From: Octopus sinensis
Lineage: Eukaryota
Assembly (NCBI RefSeq): GCF_006345805.1
Contig: NC_043005.1
Coordinates: 108,190,001-108,254,000, forward strand
Length of the DNA: 64,000 nt
Reading direction: 5' to 3'
Below the pieces are notes generated by a model, which did no database searches, was not told where the DNA came from, and worked only from the letters and a program-made list of their open reading frames with translations. Both the position numbers and the translations under genes were made by a program. Positions 1 to 13,961 of the stretch are shown here, one piece after another. Positions within the stretch are counted from its first letter, which is position 1, and each line of letters starts with the position of its first letter.

Positions 1-37
1 TAGATAGATACATACATACATATATACATACATACAT

Positions 38-71
<34 letters not shown>

Positions 72-466
72 GCATACACACATATACACATATACATCCA
101 CATACACATATATATTTATTGAATAAGTTTTCTTTTTACATACTAATAACTATAAACTTTACAGGTATCCTTCATTACACAACATCCTGTTTACACTACT
201 ACTCCAACAATTCCTGTTCATAAAATTCTTTCACAAACACTAAGCTCTAAAAGCTAACCTAATCCAAAAATTGAACATTCTATTGTGATATAAGCTACAA
301 ACTTTCTAAAATACATCCAGTTTTTTCTTCCCAATTATTACAAATCTTGCTCCAGTTCTTTAAAATCACTGTCAGGGATTAATACCAATCCCTTTCAGAT
401 TATTTTTAATTGGTTTGTCATATATTTTATTGTTCTGAAATTTTAAAGAATATGCATCGAACTCAC

Positions 467-513
467 TTGTACTGAATAAATAATTTCACAATGTTTCGTC
501 CATTTTCAGCTTG
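467..513 (-). CDS. Candidate internal coding exon, unidentified gene (QAENGRNIVKLFIQY-)
   Basis: Acceptor tttttttctctttctag, donor AA|gtgagt, 47 nt open in phase 0; peptide not recognised. Confidence 0.5.
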
Positions 514-517
514 CTAG

Positions 518-910
518 AAAGAGAAAAAAATATGTGTATGGATGAGGACAGCTGCAAAAAAAGTGCTGAGCCCTATCTGTGGAGGGAACCTGGGGAAGGG
601 GTAGACCCAGGAAGACATGGAACGAAGTGGTGAGAAAGGATCTTCAGATGCTAGGCCTGACTGAGGAAATGACGAAGGACCAGCTGTCATGGCAATTTGC
701 TGTACTTGAGATGACGAATAAAGCTATGTAAAATCTTTGTCAATCATGCATGATAGATGAATATGTGATTCAAATTACATAAGAACATTATGTGATGCCA
801 TGTAAAAACATCCAGCACATTCTGTAAAGTGGTTGGGGTTAGAGAGGGCATCCACCTATAAAAACCATGCCAGATAAGGCTGGAGTCTGGTGCAACCCCC
901 TGTCGTGCCA
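518..910 (+). mobile_element. RTE-clade LINE 3' fragment plus downstream repeat; left arm of an inverted duplication
   Basis: Encodes GRGRPRKTWNEVVRKDL (RTE C-terminal motif, also in ORF 7957-8358); reverse-complement copy at 960-1490. Confidence 0.8.
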
Positions 911-1144
911 ATGCCATAAGAACAATATGCTGGTATAGGCTGGGCGGTGTAACCAGAGCTGGCACGGCAGGAGGTTGCACCAGACTCCAGCCTTATCTGG
1001 CATGGTTTTTATAGGTGGATGCCCTCCCTAACCCTAACCACTTTAAAGAATGTGCTGGATGTTTTTACATGGCATCACATATTGTTCTTATGTAATTTGA
1101 ATCACATATTCATCTATCATGCATGATTGACAAAGATTTTACAT

Positions 1145-1272
1145 CATCATCATCATCATTGTTCGACCGTGGTCGAGACAATGGAATTTACCATGCTATG
1201 CCAGACTTCATGGTCCATCATGGCATTACGGAGGTCCTGTTGCTGGATGCCTGTATACCTGGAGATTACATG
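1145..1272 (-). mobile_element. 128-bp non-LTR-type insertion with (GAT)n tail and 11-bp target-site duplication
   Basis: AGATTTTACAT at 1134-1144 and 1273-1283; absent from the left arm. Confidence 0.75.
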
Positions 1273-1544
1273 AGATTTTACATAGCTTTATTCGTCATCT
1301 CAAGTACAGCAAATTGCCTTGACAGCTGGTCCTTCGTCATTTCCTCATTCAGGCCTAGCATCTGAAGATCCTTTCTCACCACTTCGTTCCATGTCTTCCT
1401 GGGTCTACCCCTTCCCCAGGTTCTCTCCACAGAGCTCAGCACTTCTTTTGCAGCTGTCCTCATCCATACACATATTTTTTTCTCTTTAGTTTCAGCTCAG
1501 AGCTGTGGCCATGCTGATGCACTGCCGTTTTGCTACACTGTTAT

Positions 1545-1880
1545 TACTAAGAGCCTCCTCCAATATGTGGCACTTGGTGAAGAATGGAGTTTGATATAGC
1601 TACTCTCATTTGCACCTCTTGCCGTGAGGTAGGTTCATCTGGGACTCTCAACAGGAAGAGGTCCAGCTTTGATTTGAAAACCCCTACATCTACTTTGTGC
1701 AAGTTCCTCAGACTCTTTGGAAGAATATTAAAAAGCTGTGGGCCCTTGAAACCCAGGCTGTTGCAGTAACTGGTCCTGAAGCGTGATGGCATTGCTGGGA
1801 TCTTTGGCACTATGCAGTGTCGTCCCGTTCTGGCATTGGTGTAGTTTTCAATGCCAAAATTTGGCACAATTGCTTCCAGA
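1545..1880 (-). mobile_element. CR1/L2-type LINE 3' end (RT C-terminus)
   Basis: ORF 1547-1867: GPQLFNILPKSLRN...FKSKLDLFL..VPDEP...SNSILHQ, typical CR1-group tail. Confidence 0.75.
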
Positions 1881-2237
1881 AATGTAAATATATTTATGTG
1901 TGTGTGTGTGTGTGTGTATGCATATGAGATAATATCTAAATATTTGAATCATAAATAAACAATAAAAAAGACAATAAAGTGTATATACATATACATATTT
2001 ATACACACATAAATATTAATGTTTGTTTTCAGGTTCATTTGTGATAAAAACAATTTTACATTGATCTGAGGGGTTGCTCTATACTTTTGTAGAGTACAAA
2101 ACAATAATGGCTTCACTGGCTGAAACTTCGAAGTCACTGTCAATAATATTCTTATTTAAAGAATGATAAATACATACATACATAAATGCATACATACAAA
2201 CATACATACATACACACAGATATATACACATATATAC

Positions 2238-2329
<92 letters not shown>

Positions 2330-2335
<6 letters not shown>

Positions 2336-2520
2336 GCTATGATAGATCATTAGCTACTACACACATTTTTTTCTCTCCTTGTTTTTTTTTGGGTCTCTTT
2401 CTGTAAAAGAGCATAGGCACGAAGCATAAAAGAGTTTTCCTATTCCTGAGCGTTATACTAATACATCTGTTTGTTTTGTAAACTACCTGTCTTCGTCTTT
2501 TGCTTTTTTCATAAACTCTC
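2330..2520 (+). mobile_element. Decayed Penelope-type terminal-repeat fragment with eroded HHR-like motif
   Basis: Homologous to 33810-33960 (minus) and 35905-36100; motif ctttctgtaaaagagcataggcacgaagcataaaaga at ~2396-2433; flanked by (TA)n. Confidence 0.6.
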
Positions 2521-2535
2521 ACTATATATATGAAT

Positions 2536-2600
<65 letters not shown>

Positions 2601-3319
2601 CAGTCAGACAGACAGACATATAGATACACACACATAAACACACACATACACACACACGCACGCACACACACACATACACACACAAACACACACACAACCA
2701 GATCAACAACACAGACAAACCCATAAACAGAATCACACATCATTCTATGTATGAAATTACATTGTAAACTTTTCTAAAAGTTCTATTTCAATCAGTTGAG
2801 ATTTTAACCGCAAATGTTAAAAATCTCTCTATAAACAGGTGACATTAAGACATTACTGTGACATTTTTTCTAAGAAGCATTTCTTCTTCAATTGAGACAC
2901 TATAATTTTCCTGTTGAAACAATCTTCAATCTTCTTCAGGAATTTATTTCAATGGAAATGCCAAAAATTGATATAATAAATGGTCAGTCGTCTGAAATCT
3001 TAATGTGTTTTTTTTCTATTTATATATGTTTTCTTTTTTAAGTATTTTGTTTGTTTTGACCGATAAATTTCTCTTAGAATTTAGTTACTTAATTCTTAGT
3101 ATAGAATTTTGCTAAGTGATTAACTTGGAGTATCTTGCACTGAAATCATTTTTATTTCTTTTTATTATTATATATAATTACATAACCTATCTACTTATTT
3201 ATGTATCACTTTCTGCATATATTCATTCAATCATACATACAAATGTATGTACAAACATATATACTTTTATATATATATATATTTATATTATGATAATAAT
3301 AATAATAATGATAATAAGG

Positions 3320-3545
3320 CATGATAAAAAAATGTTCAGACAAATACATAACAAAAACACCAGGACTTACAAACACATATAACACAGAAAATTGCACTAC
3401 TAGGCCCTGCACACATTCTATGCGGAACACTTTCAATACAGTAACCATCAGAGCATCACATTAAATCACAGCACATACCCAAGGCACACAGAGCTGCACT
3501 CGGTAGTGAAGTGAAAGCACACTATAAAAATAAAAGTACTGAATA
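3320..3545 (+). mobile_element. R4/Dong-like non-LTR element 3' end in a (TAA)n array
   Basis: Translates approximately KIALLGPAHILCGTL (R4-type C-terminus); TAA repeats on both sides. Confidence 0.6.
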
Positions 3546-3566
3546 ATAATAATAATAATAATAATA

Positions 3567-4110
3567 ATGATAAATGATAAATGGCAAGAAAAACCTCTCT
3601 ATGGCAAATACCCAAAGAGAGCCATTAATGCAGATGTTGACAAAGCCCTGACCCATCAATGGCTAATGGCCTCTGGCTTAAAATCTGAAACAGAAGGGTT
3701 TATCATAGCAGCTCAAGATCAATGCCTACCAACAAGGAACTACCAGGCCAACATATTAAAGAATGGCAGTAGCCTAACATGTCATGTATATCAACAACAA
3801 AATGAAACCATTGATCATGTTGTCTCCAAGTACAGTCTTCTAGTGCCTACAGAGTATCTCAAAAGGCATGATAGAGCTGCACAATATATTCACTGGGTAA
3901 TCTGCAAAAACCTGGATTTGCCCCATGAAAAAAAACTGGTGGGAACACAAACCACCTCCAGTGCTTGAAAATGACCACATCTCACTCCTCTGGAACTTCC
4001 CCATTCAAACTGACAGAAAGATAGACGCAAATAGGCCAGACATCATAGTAAAAGACTTCAGGCTAAAAACATGCCTCCTCATTGATATGACTGTCCCAAT
4101 CAATATAAAT
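3567..4110 (+). mobile_element. R4/Dong-clade non-LTR fragment: degenerate CCHC plus restriction-like endonuclease, one frameshift
   Basis: ORFs 3567-3968 (ETEGFIIAAQDQ...RHDRAAQYIHW) and 3925-4233 (LLWNFPIQTDRKIDANRPDIIVKD). Confidence 0.85.
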
Positions 4111-5519
4111 AGAGGTGAAAGCAGTGAATGGTACCCACAGGTAGAGACATGGCCAATGGTAACTGTTGGTTTAGTGGGATTTGAAGGAAATAGGATGGGG
4201 GTCAGAGAGAAAGGGGATGAGGAGGAGACATGATAAGTGACAGTATTAGGGGGGGCAATGCAAAGTCATCATCATCATGTGAAGTGGTGAAGTGTAAGGA
4301 GATAAATGGTATCACACCCTTAATGAGTAGTGTAGCAATTACAAGAGTGATTGAGGGATGGGTGTTAGAAGATGAATTGTAGGATAAGGCTTGACAGGAC
4401 TCAGTTTTGACTGAGATGGATGGATCTTCTCAAGCACAGCATATCACTAATCATCTAACTCTTTTGTCATTCCTTCTATTAATCTTAAGCTCTTATGGTT
4501 TTCTTCACTACTTCATCCCATGTCTTCCAGGATTTCCTTCTTCCACAGCTTCCATCCATGTTGAGTGATCATTATTTCTATATGCAGCTGACCTCACCCA
4601 TTCATGACATATGACCGTGTAGCCATTCAAGAATTTGGACCTGGAGATCTCCATTCCCAGTGACTTTGAGGGCCACCTCCCAGTGGTGTCGGGCATCAAT
4701 AAAGAGCCCTCGACTCCAACAAGATGACCAAAGTTGTTTTTTTTCCAAGGTCTGGGGTCTCCTGCCCCTAAGCCTTAGACCATCACCTAATCACCCTTAC
4801 CCATCTCGTTGCTTAACAACAACAATATGACCATGTACACCACAAAAATTTCCTTAAATTACTGCCCAACATGTCTCTTGAAGTCAAAATCCCAGACATT
4901 GTCATCAAGGTAATTTGCAGGAAGGCCTCTCAAAAACGGTCCTTTGGTTCATCGGCCAGCCCAGCTGTGAAATAGTCTAAATTTATGTAAATCATAGTTT
5001 CTCACTCGCTTACAAAGAACATAGCTGTCCACAATGCATTTTGATCTTTTGTAATAAGATTGAGTAGTAAACTTTGTGAATGCTATTAAATGCTAGACAA
5101 AAGCTGCTGAAGAATTAATTAACCAGCTATTTAACATTAATGAAATTGTTTATTAGGCTGCAAAGTTGGTGACTGTCATTAAACTGTAGAAGAAAATTTA
5201 CTGAAGAATTAACAGCCATTTAATAGTGATGAAAATATGCATTATTTACTACAACTTCTCTGTTGCTAATAATAGTAATGATATTTTCTAATCTTTTGCA
5301 AATAGTGTTTTGATTAGAAACAGTCTTTTCGAGCAATATGCAATAATGAGTAAAATTTAAAATACTTAATGTTCTAACTTCAGTTTCGTTGGAATTGGAA
5401 ATATCATCCCCTCAGGACACTCTTTTCAAAGAGTTATAATCTATATTTTGTCACAGTACTGAAATTATTGAAGTCCCTTATGTTGATTAGAACTTCCTAG
5501 TTGCATAACTAATACTTAC

Positions 5520-5584
5520 AAATGTATCCCCCACCACATACACACAGTGATGTAAACTGGGATTTGACAGATGAGCAATCTTAA
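5520..5584 (-). CDS. Candidate exon, unidentified gene (KIAHLSNPSLHHCVYVVGDTF or LRLLICQIPVYITVCMWWGIH)
   Basis: Acceptor aatcttaatag, donor TTT|gtaagt, 65 nt; two frames open, so frame unresolved. Confidence 0.35.
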
Positions 5585-6504
5585 CTATTAAGATTAATAA
5601 ATTTATTAGCTGTTGTATGCATGTATATCTACATACATGTGCATGTTATATACATATGTAGGTGTGTGTGTGAATATATGTACTGACATATATATATGTA
5701 TATATATGTATATGTATATATGTATGTACACACACTCACACACACACATAAATGTAATACTGTATAACAATATAGTGAAAGATATGAACATATATGTACA
5801 TAGAGTCTGTACACAATATTATTGATAAACATATTTCCAATTCTGGTGCAAAAAATAGAAGCCATTGATAAGCATCAGTCATTGTGGCAGCTAAGAAGAA
5901 AGCCTACCATTTTTCTGTCAAAGTTTAGATTCTCAAATGAGGAACAAAACCCAGAACAATCCTTAATCCAGCTGATAAAGCTCTTGAAACCTCCATTAAT
6001 TAAAACTGGAAATATATATTGTTTGAGAGAAAAATACAACAAACTTATCACATGTCACAATATTAAACTAATTTGATTTTCTGATAGCAAAGGATATATG
6101 TATTTGCTGAAAGAAAAATATAGAAGAGAACAAGTATTAATATTAAACTAACGTGACCTTCTGCAAGCAAAGAATAAATATTGTAAAATTAAATTAAATT
6201 AATTTTTTTAGAGGAGAAGCCCTGGATTAAAATCTGATGACATTTGTTCATTTAGAATTATTTTCTATTCACATATTTCAAAATTTTCCATAAAGATATA
6301 TTGAAGAGAAGTAACATATCTTATCTGTACATGCATTGTGTGCTTCTGGTAACTTGAAAATCGTAATAGGATTTTTGTTCTTGGGTAAAACTATAAATCT
6401 GAGGGAAATGAAATTGAGAAATTTGCTTTTCAAAAAGTCTTTAAGTTTGCAGGTATGAGGTGCACTCAAAAATCTCCCAACTCAATGGTTTTCAATGATA
6501 AAGA

Positions 6505-6742
6505 TTACATATATTTCTTTACTACCCACAAGGGGCTAAACACAGAGGGGACAAAGAAGGACAAACAGACTAAGTCGATCACACCGACCCCAGAACGTAA
6601 CTGGTACTTAATCTATCGACTCCGAAAGGATGAAAGGCAAAGTCGACCTCGGTGGAATTTGAACTCAGAACGTAACAGCAGATGAAATACGGCTACGCAT
6701 TTCGCCCAGCGTGCTAATGTTTCTGCCAGCTCGCTGCCTTCA
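6505..6742 (-). mobile_element. SINE family B (head ggcgagctggcagaaacgttagcac)
   Basis: Dispersed copies at 13962, 30165, 31148, 40128, 46832, 56236 and 62780. Confidence 0.85.
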
Positions 6743-6914
6743 ATGATAAAGATTATATATGTGTTTGTAAGGATATATGCTTGTGTGCATATATGGAAAG
6801 AACACAGTACACATTGTGCTATTAGGAAGGGCATTAGACCATAGAAACTATGCCTAAACTAAAACATTTGAGGAAAACATGGCCATGTTGTCTGCCAAAC
6901 CATCTAACCCATGC

Positions 6915-6997
6915 CATTACCACCACCACCACCACCACTACCACCACCACCATAACCACCATCAACACCATCGCCACCACCACCATCACCACCACCA

Positions 6998-7029
<32 letters not shown>

Positions 7030-7030
7030 C
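6915..7030. repeat. (CAC/CAT)n microsatellite
   Basis: Direct reading. Confidence 0.95.
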
Positions 7031-7099
7031 AACAGTTTTATACTGTTACAATGGGTTGAAGGGTTCCATCTTTTAATGTGTATGAGATGGTATCAAGAA

Positions 7100-7430
7100 G
7101 TTCCTGGACTACTTTTCTGGTGCATCAACAGATGGCAGCACAAGTTGTGTTCCCAGTGAGAAATAGCAGTGACCTTCATTAGGCAGTGTGCAGAGTGACA
7201 TCACTGTTTTTACTTGACAAGTTGTGAAATTTGTGTCTTTGTGATCGATGTGTACGTTGTAGTCAGGGAATTTGTTATGGACAGGAACAAAGAGCCAACA
7301 TGAAATTTTGGCATTAAACTTGGGAAGTCTCCTACAAAGGCCTTGAACATATTTCAGCAAACTTATGGCAACAAGGCAATGGATCATATGCAATATTTTG
7401 AGTGACACAGATGCTTCACAAAACAGGATT
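7100..7430 (+). mobile_element. Mariner transposon 5' part (decayed N-terminal HTH)
   Basis: Approximately MDRNKE...MKF.IKLGKSPTKALNIFQQTYGNKAM, mariner N-terminus. Confidence 0.65.
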
Positions 7431-7454
7431 ACATCCTTTTTTCTGTTTCTTTCT

Positions 7455-7651
7455 TTTTATTTGATTCAGTCATTTGACTGCGGCCATGCTGGAGCACAGC
7501 CTTTAGTCGAGCAAATCGACCCTATGACTTATTCTTCGTAAGCCTAGTACTTATTCTGTCGGTCTCTCTTGCCAAACTGCTAAGTTATGGGGACATAAAC
7601 ACACCAGCATCGGTTGTCAAGCGATGTTGGGCGTGACAAACAGACACACAA

Positions 7652-7682
<31 letters not shown>

Positions 7683-7839
7683 CGACGAGCTTCTTTCAGT
7701 TTCCATCTACCAAATCCACTCACAAGGCTTTGGTCAGCCCAAGGCTATAGTAGAAGACACTTGCCCAAGGTGCCATGCAGTGGGACTGAACTTGGAACCA
7801 TGTGGTTGGTAAGCAAGTTACTACACAGCCATTCCTGCA

Positions 7840-7850
<11 letters not shown>
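7455..7850 (-). mobile_element. tRNA-headed SINE family A
   Basis: A/B-box head (gtggctgtgtggtaag...gttcagtccc), body ttgacaaccgatgctgg, 3' end cagtcaaatgactgaa; more than 10 copies in the window. Confidence 0.9.
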
Positions 7851-7879
<29 letters not shown>

Positions 7880-7880
<1 letters not shown>

Positions 7881-9060
7881 GCAAAGTTTAGGGAGCTCTT
7901 ACCTCTGCTGGTGACTAAATACAGGCAGACTGTATGATGCATGTGTACGAACAGCCATGCTACATGGCAGTGAAACATGGGCCGTGACTGCTGAGGACAT
8001 GCGTAAGCTCGTGAGGAATGAAGCCAGTATGCTCCAATGGATGTGTAATGTCAGTCTACATACTCGACAGAGCGTTAGTACCTTGAGAGAAATGTTGTAC
8101 CTAAGAAGCATCAGTTGTGGTGTGCAAGAGAGACGATTGCGCTGGTATGGTCATGTGGCAAGAATGGATGAAGATAGGTGTGTGAGAAAGTGCCAATCCC
8201 TAGCAGTTGAGGGAACCCGTGGAAGAGGTAGACCCAGGAAAACCTGGGACGAGGTGGTGAAGCACGACCTTCGAACTTTAGGCCTCACTGAGGAAATGAC
8301 CAGCGACCGAGACCTTTGGAAATATGCTGTACGTGAGAAGACCAGGCAGGACAAGTGAGCCCAGCCCACTTATGAATGCCTTTCCTCCCTTGGAAACAAA
8401 GACCTGTTGAGGCAAGCGAAGTCGATATAGAACCTCATCCGACAACAGGCACCCATGCCAACCCCCTTTGCTTGCGAAGACATGTTGGGGCAAGCGAAAT
8501 CGAAATCGAAATCGAATTGAACCAGCCAGGATCCCTGGTCTGGTGGTACGTAAAAAGCACTATCTGACTCGTGGCCGATGCCAGCGCCGCCTCCACTGGC
8601 TTCCGTGCCGGTGGCATGTAAAATACACCAATCCGACCGTACGACAGGCACCCATGCCAACTCCCTTTGCTTGCGAAGACATGTTGGGGCAAGCGAAAGC
8701 GAAATCGAAATCGAATTGAACCAGCCAGGATCCCTGGTCTGGTGGTACGTAAAAAGCACTATCCGACTCATGGCCGATGCCAGCGCCGCCTCGACTGGCT
8801 TCCGTGCCGGTGGCACATAAAATACACCAATCCGACCATGGCCGTTGCCAGCCTCGCCTGGCACCTGTGCAGGTGGCACGTAAAAAGCACCCACTACACT
8901 CACGGAGTGGTTGGCGTTAGGAAGGGCATCCAGCTGTAGAAACATTGCCAGATAAGACTGGAGCCTGGTGCAGCCTTCTGGCTTCCCAGATCCCCGGTTG
9001 AACCGTCCAACCCATGCTAGCATGGAGAACGGACGTTAAACGATGATGATGATGATGATG
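7880..9060 (+). mobile_element. 5'-truncated RTE-clade LINE with 3' UTR and (GAT)n tail
   Basis: ORF 7957-8358 LHGSETW...RRLRWYGHVARM...GRGRPRKTW; the UTR holds a 199-bp tandem duplication (8446-8644, 8645-~8840). Confidence 0.9.
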
Positions 9061-9267
9061 ATACATATATATGACGATAATGATGATAATGATGATATAT
9101 ACATATATACGACAGGCTTCTTTCAGTTTCTGTCTACCAAATCCACTCACAAGGCTTTGATTGTCCCGAGGCTATAGTAGAAGACACTTGGCCAAAGTGC
9201 CACACAGTGGGACTGAACCCGGAACCATGTGGTTGGTACGCAAGCTACTTACCACACAACCACTCCT

Positions 9268-9720
9268 GTGGCAGACGATGAGCAATCGGGAAGATCTGCT
9301 ATGAATGTCACCCCTGGAAATGTGGTATTGTGCATTAGGAATTCTTCTCCCATTGCCAGACTATCAATCATGAGTTCTACTGTGACATTTTGAAGTGTTT
9401 GAGGGAAGATATTTGGTGAAAGCAACTGGAAGTGTGGTGCACGAAGAATTGGTTTCTTCACTGAGCTCTCCTCAATCATGAGTTTTTCACTATAAAGAAC
9501 ATGGTATCACTTAGCACTTGCCGACTTCCATCTCTTCCCCAAGATGAAAATGCAGCTCAAAGGTTGCTGTTTAACACCATTGTTGACATCCAGAGCAAAT
9601 TGCAGTAGGTTCTCAACTCACTTACACAAAATTGCTGCTAGGCCAGATTCCAAAAGTGGCAAGAATGCTGGGCAAGGTGACTATTTCAAAGATGTTTTAA
9701 AACTTTGGTAAATAAGTTAT
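9268..9720 (+). mobile_element. Mariner transposon 3' part (decayed catalytic domain)
   Basis: LALADFHLFPKMKMQLKG and FQKWQE...GDYF motifs; collinear with 7100-7430. Confidence 0.65.
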
Positions 9721-9779
9721 TTTGTATTAAACATAACTATATATATCATTTAGCGTCCGCTTTCTATGCTAGCATGGGT

Positions 9780-9825
<46 letters not shown>

Positions 9826-10196
9826 GGCATAGGAGTGGCTGTGTGGTAAGGAGCTTGTTTACCAACCCAATGGTTCCGGGTTCAGTCCCACTGCATGGCA
9901 CCTTGGACTAGTGTCTTCTACTATAGCCTTGGGTCAACAAAAGCCTTGTGAATGGATTTGGTAGATGGAAACTGAAAGAAGCCCATCGTATATATGAATA
10001 TATATATGTGTGTGTATATGTTTGACAACCGATGCTGGTGTGTTTACGTCGCCGTAACTTGGTGGTTCAGCAAAACAGACCGATAGAATAAGTACTGGGC
10101 TTACAAAGAATAAGTCTTGGGGTTGATTTGCTCGACTAAAGGTGGTGCTTCAGCATGGCCACAGTCAAATGACAGAAGCAAATAAAAGAGTAAATG
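9826..10196 (+). mobile_element. SINE family A
   Basis: Homologous to 7455-7850. Confidence 0.9.
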
Positions 10197-10198
10197 AG

Positions 10199-10229
<31 letters not shown>

Positions 10230-11197
10230 CGTATTTGAATGTGTAAGGAACTATTTTTTGTCAAAACTTAGGTTAAAAAAATATTGCAGATTCCTTTACA
10301 TAGATAGTATTATAATCTCTAACAAAACCTTTTTTCCAAATTTTAAGCCCCAAAAATTAGGGGTTCCTTTTACACGATAAAATATGGTATATGCATATAT
10401 GTATGTATAATGGAATTGTAATATTATGTTGGAAAGTAATGAGTGTTCATTGCCAGCATGGAAAGCAGATGTATGATAATGTGAATATTGATGAAGATAC
10501 TGTTCATAATGATGGTGATGATGATGCCACTGATGCTGATGTCGATAATGATGATGATAATGATGATGATCATCATCATCATTATTGTCAACAACATACA
10601 GTAGATTCATTCTGTAGATGCTAATTTAATAGATATTGTATTTTAGCAGACAAGAATGCATGCACATAAAATCATGTATACAGACTCACAAGCACACACA
10701 TGTATGTAGAATTTCTTACCCTACTTCAAAAAATGCAGATATTAATAAATAAAATTCATTTAACAAATGTATTTAATAAAAAAATAACAACACTTTGTAA
10801 TTTTTTTTTGTATTTTCTAATTGTTTTTTTTCTGTTGTTATTCTTTTTTGGTTTTTCCTTCAATAACGACTGAAAAATCAACAGTGGTGATGCTGGGGCC
10901 TTGTGCTTGGTACTAAATTTCAAGTGACTTAGAAACGACACACCCCTCTCTTCTATTATTTCCTTCTATCTCCTACCCCTCCACCTTCTATTTTTCCTCC
11001 TTCAGTCGAGGATCAAAGGAATGCAAAATTTAATTTTGATTCATATCAGAATCGATGAAGTCTGCATCGTAAATTTTCATTTTTTTTTTTTGAGAGCAGC
11101 AATAAATACTTTTTTTAAAATAAAAAGCAAAGAAAAAATCCAGCTGCCACAAAACAAACAAACAAACAACAAAAGTAACAACAACAACAACAACAAC

Positions 11198-11234
<37 letters not shown>

Positions 11235-11907
11235 TAATAATAATAATATAATAATAATGATAATAATAATAACAATAATAATAATGATGATTGTGTATAT
11301 TATACTTTATTGAAAATATTACTGTAATTTACCATTTATATCTTCCTATTAATACTCTTGAACACAGTAAAAAAATTGGATACATCTTTCAAGAGAGATG
11401 GAGAAAGAGAGAGAGGACATGAAGAGAATGAAAGAGAGATAGAGAGGGTGAAGAGAAGAGGGGGAGTGAAGGAGTGAGAAAGAGTTCCTAAAGAACAAAG
11501 AAAGGAAAGAAAGAATGCGAATGCTCATTAAATTTTAACATCAATGAATTTATTCATTTATTTATTTATATGTAAATGTGTGTGAGTATGTGTGTGTATT
11601 TTAGAAACTCTCAGTTAATCATGAACATAGTTTGGGAAAACAATTAAATAGTAAAAAAAATGTAAATAATTCTTAGTTAAATCAATATCTAAGTAAATGG
11701 TTTGTAGCTGAAGAGCTTGTGTGTATACTTGAGTAAAATATATTCCTATATATATATATATATATGTGTGTGTGTTTGTGTGTATAATTATATACATATG
11801 TGTGTGTGCGTATATCATTATATATATATATATGTATATATATATATGTATATATATATATATGTATATACATATATATATACATACACACACATACACA
11901 CACACAT

Positions 11908-12008
<101 letters not shown>

Positions 12009-12617
12009 TATCTACAGAAACTCTTGCAGAGTTTTCCACCTCACTTAGGCAGTCTGTATACACACACAGCCAAAGAGATATACATATGCATATGTAGATA
12101 TTTAAGAATGTCATCAAACACACACAAGATTGTGTGTTTATGTGTATGTGTATATGAGTGTTGGGATATATGTTGGGGTGTATAGTTGGGGTATGAGTCA
12201 GCACAGTACAATATATAATAACAATAATGATAATGATAATAATAATAAAAATTACAACAATACCTATGAGATATTTAGCAAACAGTGAGTAATTTATTAA
12301 AATACGAAAAAAAACCCATTCATTTTATAAGTTTGTCAGTAATAAAACTATATTTAATGAATAAAGTTTTACATTTCACTTGCACGCATGCATGTATATA
12401 TACACACATGCATGCACACTTAAACATACATATAGACATATACATGCATTTTCATATATAGGGATAAATAGTAACACATATGGCTATATATATATATATA
12501 TATATATAAATACACACATATATTTACACATATACATATATGTATATATATACATATAATATGTATATATATATATATATATACGTACATATAAATACAT
12601 ATATGTTTACATATATG

Positions 12618-12667
<50 letters not shown>

Positions 12668-12797
12668 GATATGTATATATGTATATATATATATACATGC
12701 ATATATATAGATATGTATATATGTATATATATATATATATACATGCATATATATAGATATGTATATATGAATATATATATATACATATATTTATGTA

Positions 12798-12864
<67 letters not shown>

Positions 12865-12874
12865 GATCTGTGTA

Positions 12875-12910
<36 letters not shown>

Positions 12911-13435
12911 GTATTTATATATTATTATGTATATACTGTATGTCAGTATGTATGTATGCATGTGTTCTATTGTGTGTTGACATTTCAATGATTCAACTTG
13001 CAAAACCTCTTTAAAAATAAAATAGGAAAAGCGAAAAAAAAAATAAAATTCTTATCCAGAACCAGTAAACTATTTTGAGATATTACAGTCCTCCCACTGA
13101 AATGTTTAATACACACGACTTCAACAACAAGAACATCAACAACAGGATGATCAGATTGTAAAGTATGTTGATGCTTCTGATGCTGGCTGCAATTATGAAA
13201 GCCATGGAGTTTGCCATGATGTAATTGATGATTGTGTAAGGGCTGTTGTTGTTGCTGTTGTTGTCTATGATAATAATAAAGATGATGGCAACAACAGCTA
13301 TGACGATTATTGACGATGGTGATGATGTTGAAATTTTCTACATTATCAAAATAATGAGATTCTTGAATTATTCTGAACTGGATAATTTCTTAAAAAGTCA
13401 AATATATATAAAAAGTCATTTATATATATATATAT

Positions 13436-13467
<32 letters not shown>

Positions 13468-13470
<3 letters not shown>

Positions 13471-13643
13471 CGTAGGAGTGGCTGGTGGTAAGTAACTTGC
13501 TTACTAACCACATGGTTCCGGGTTCAATCCCACTGCATGGCACCTTGGGCGGGTGTCTTCTACTATAGCCTCGGGCCGACCAAAGCCTTGTGAGTGGATT
13601 TGGTAGACGGAAACTGAAAGAAGCCATCGTATATATGTATATA

Positions 13644-13695
<52 letters not shown>

Positions 13696-13918
13696 ATGTA
13701 TGTATGTGATATGTTGTGTATCTGTGTTTGTCCCCCCAACATCGCTTGACAACCGATGCTGGTGTGTTTATGTCCCCGTAACTTAGCGGTTTGGCAAAAG
13801 AGACCGATAGAATAAGTACTAGGCTTACAAAGAATAAGTCCTAGGGTCGATTTGCTCGATTCAGTGCTCCAGCATGGTCACTGTCAAATGAATGAAACAA
13901 ATAAAAGAGTAAAAGAGA
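13468..13918 (+). mobile_element. SINE family A
   Basis: Homologous to 7455-7850. Confidence 0.9.
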
Positions 13919-13961
13919 AAGAGAGTATATATATATATATATATATATAAAGGCATACATG

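Larger units (their letters stand above)
518..1490. repeat. Long near-perfect inverted repeat (~390-bp arms, right arm interrupted)
   Basis: 518-910 matches the reverse complement of ~960-1144 plus 1273-1490 with few mismatches. Confidence 0.9.

Noticed and set aside
1950-6460. Full multi-exon model for a minus-strand gene at the left end
   Set aside because: Several mutually exclusive frame chains fit equally well; only the best-supported exons were kept
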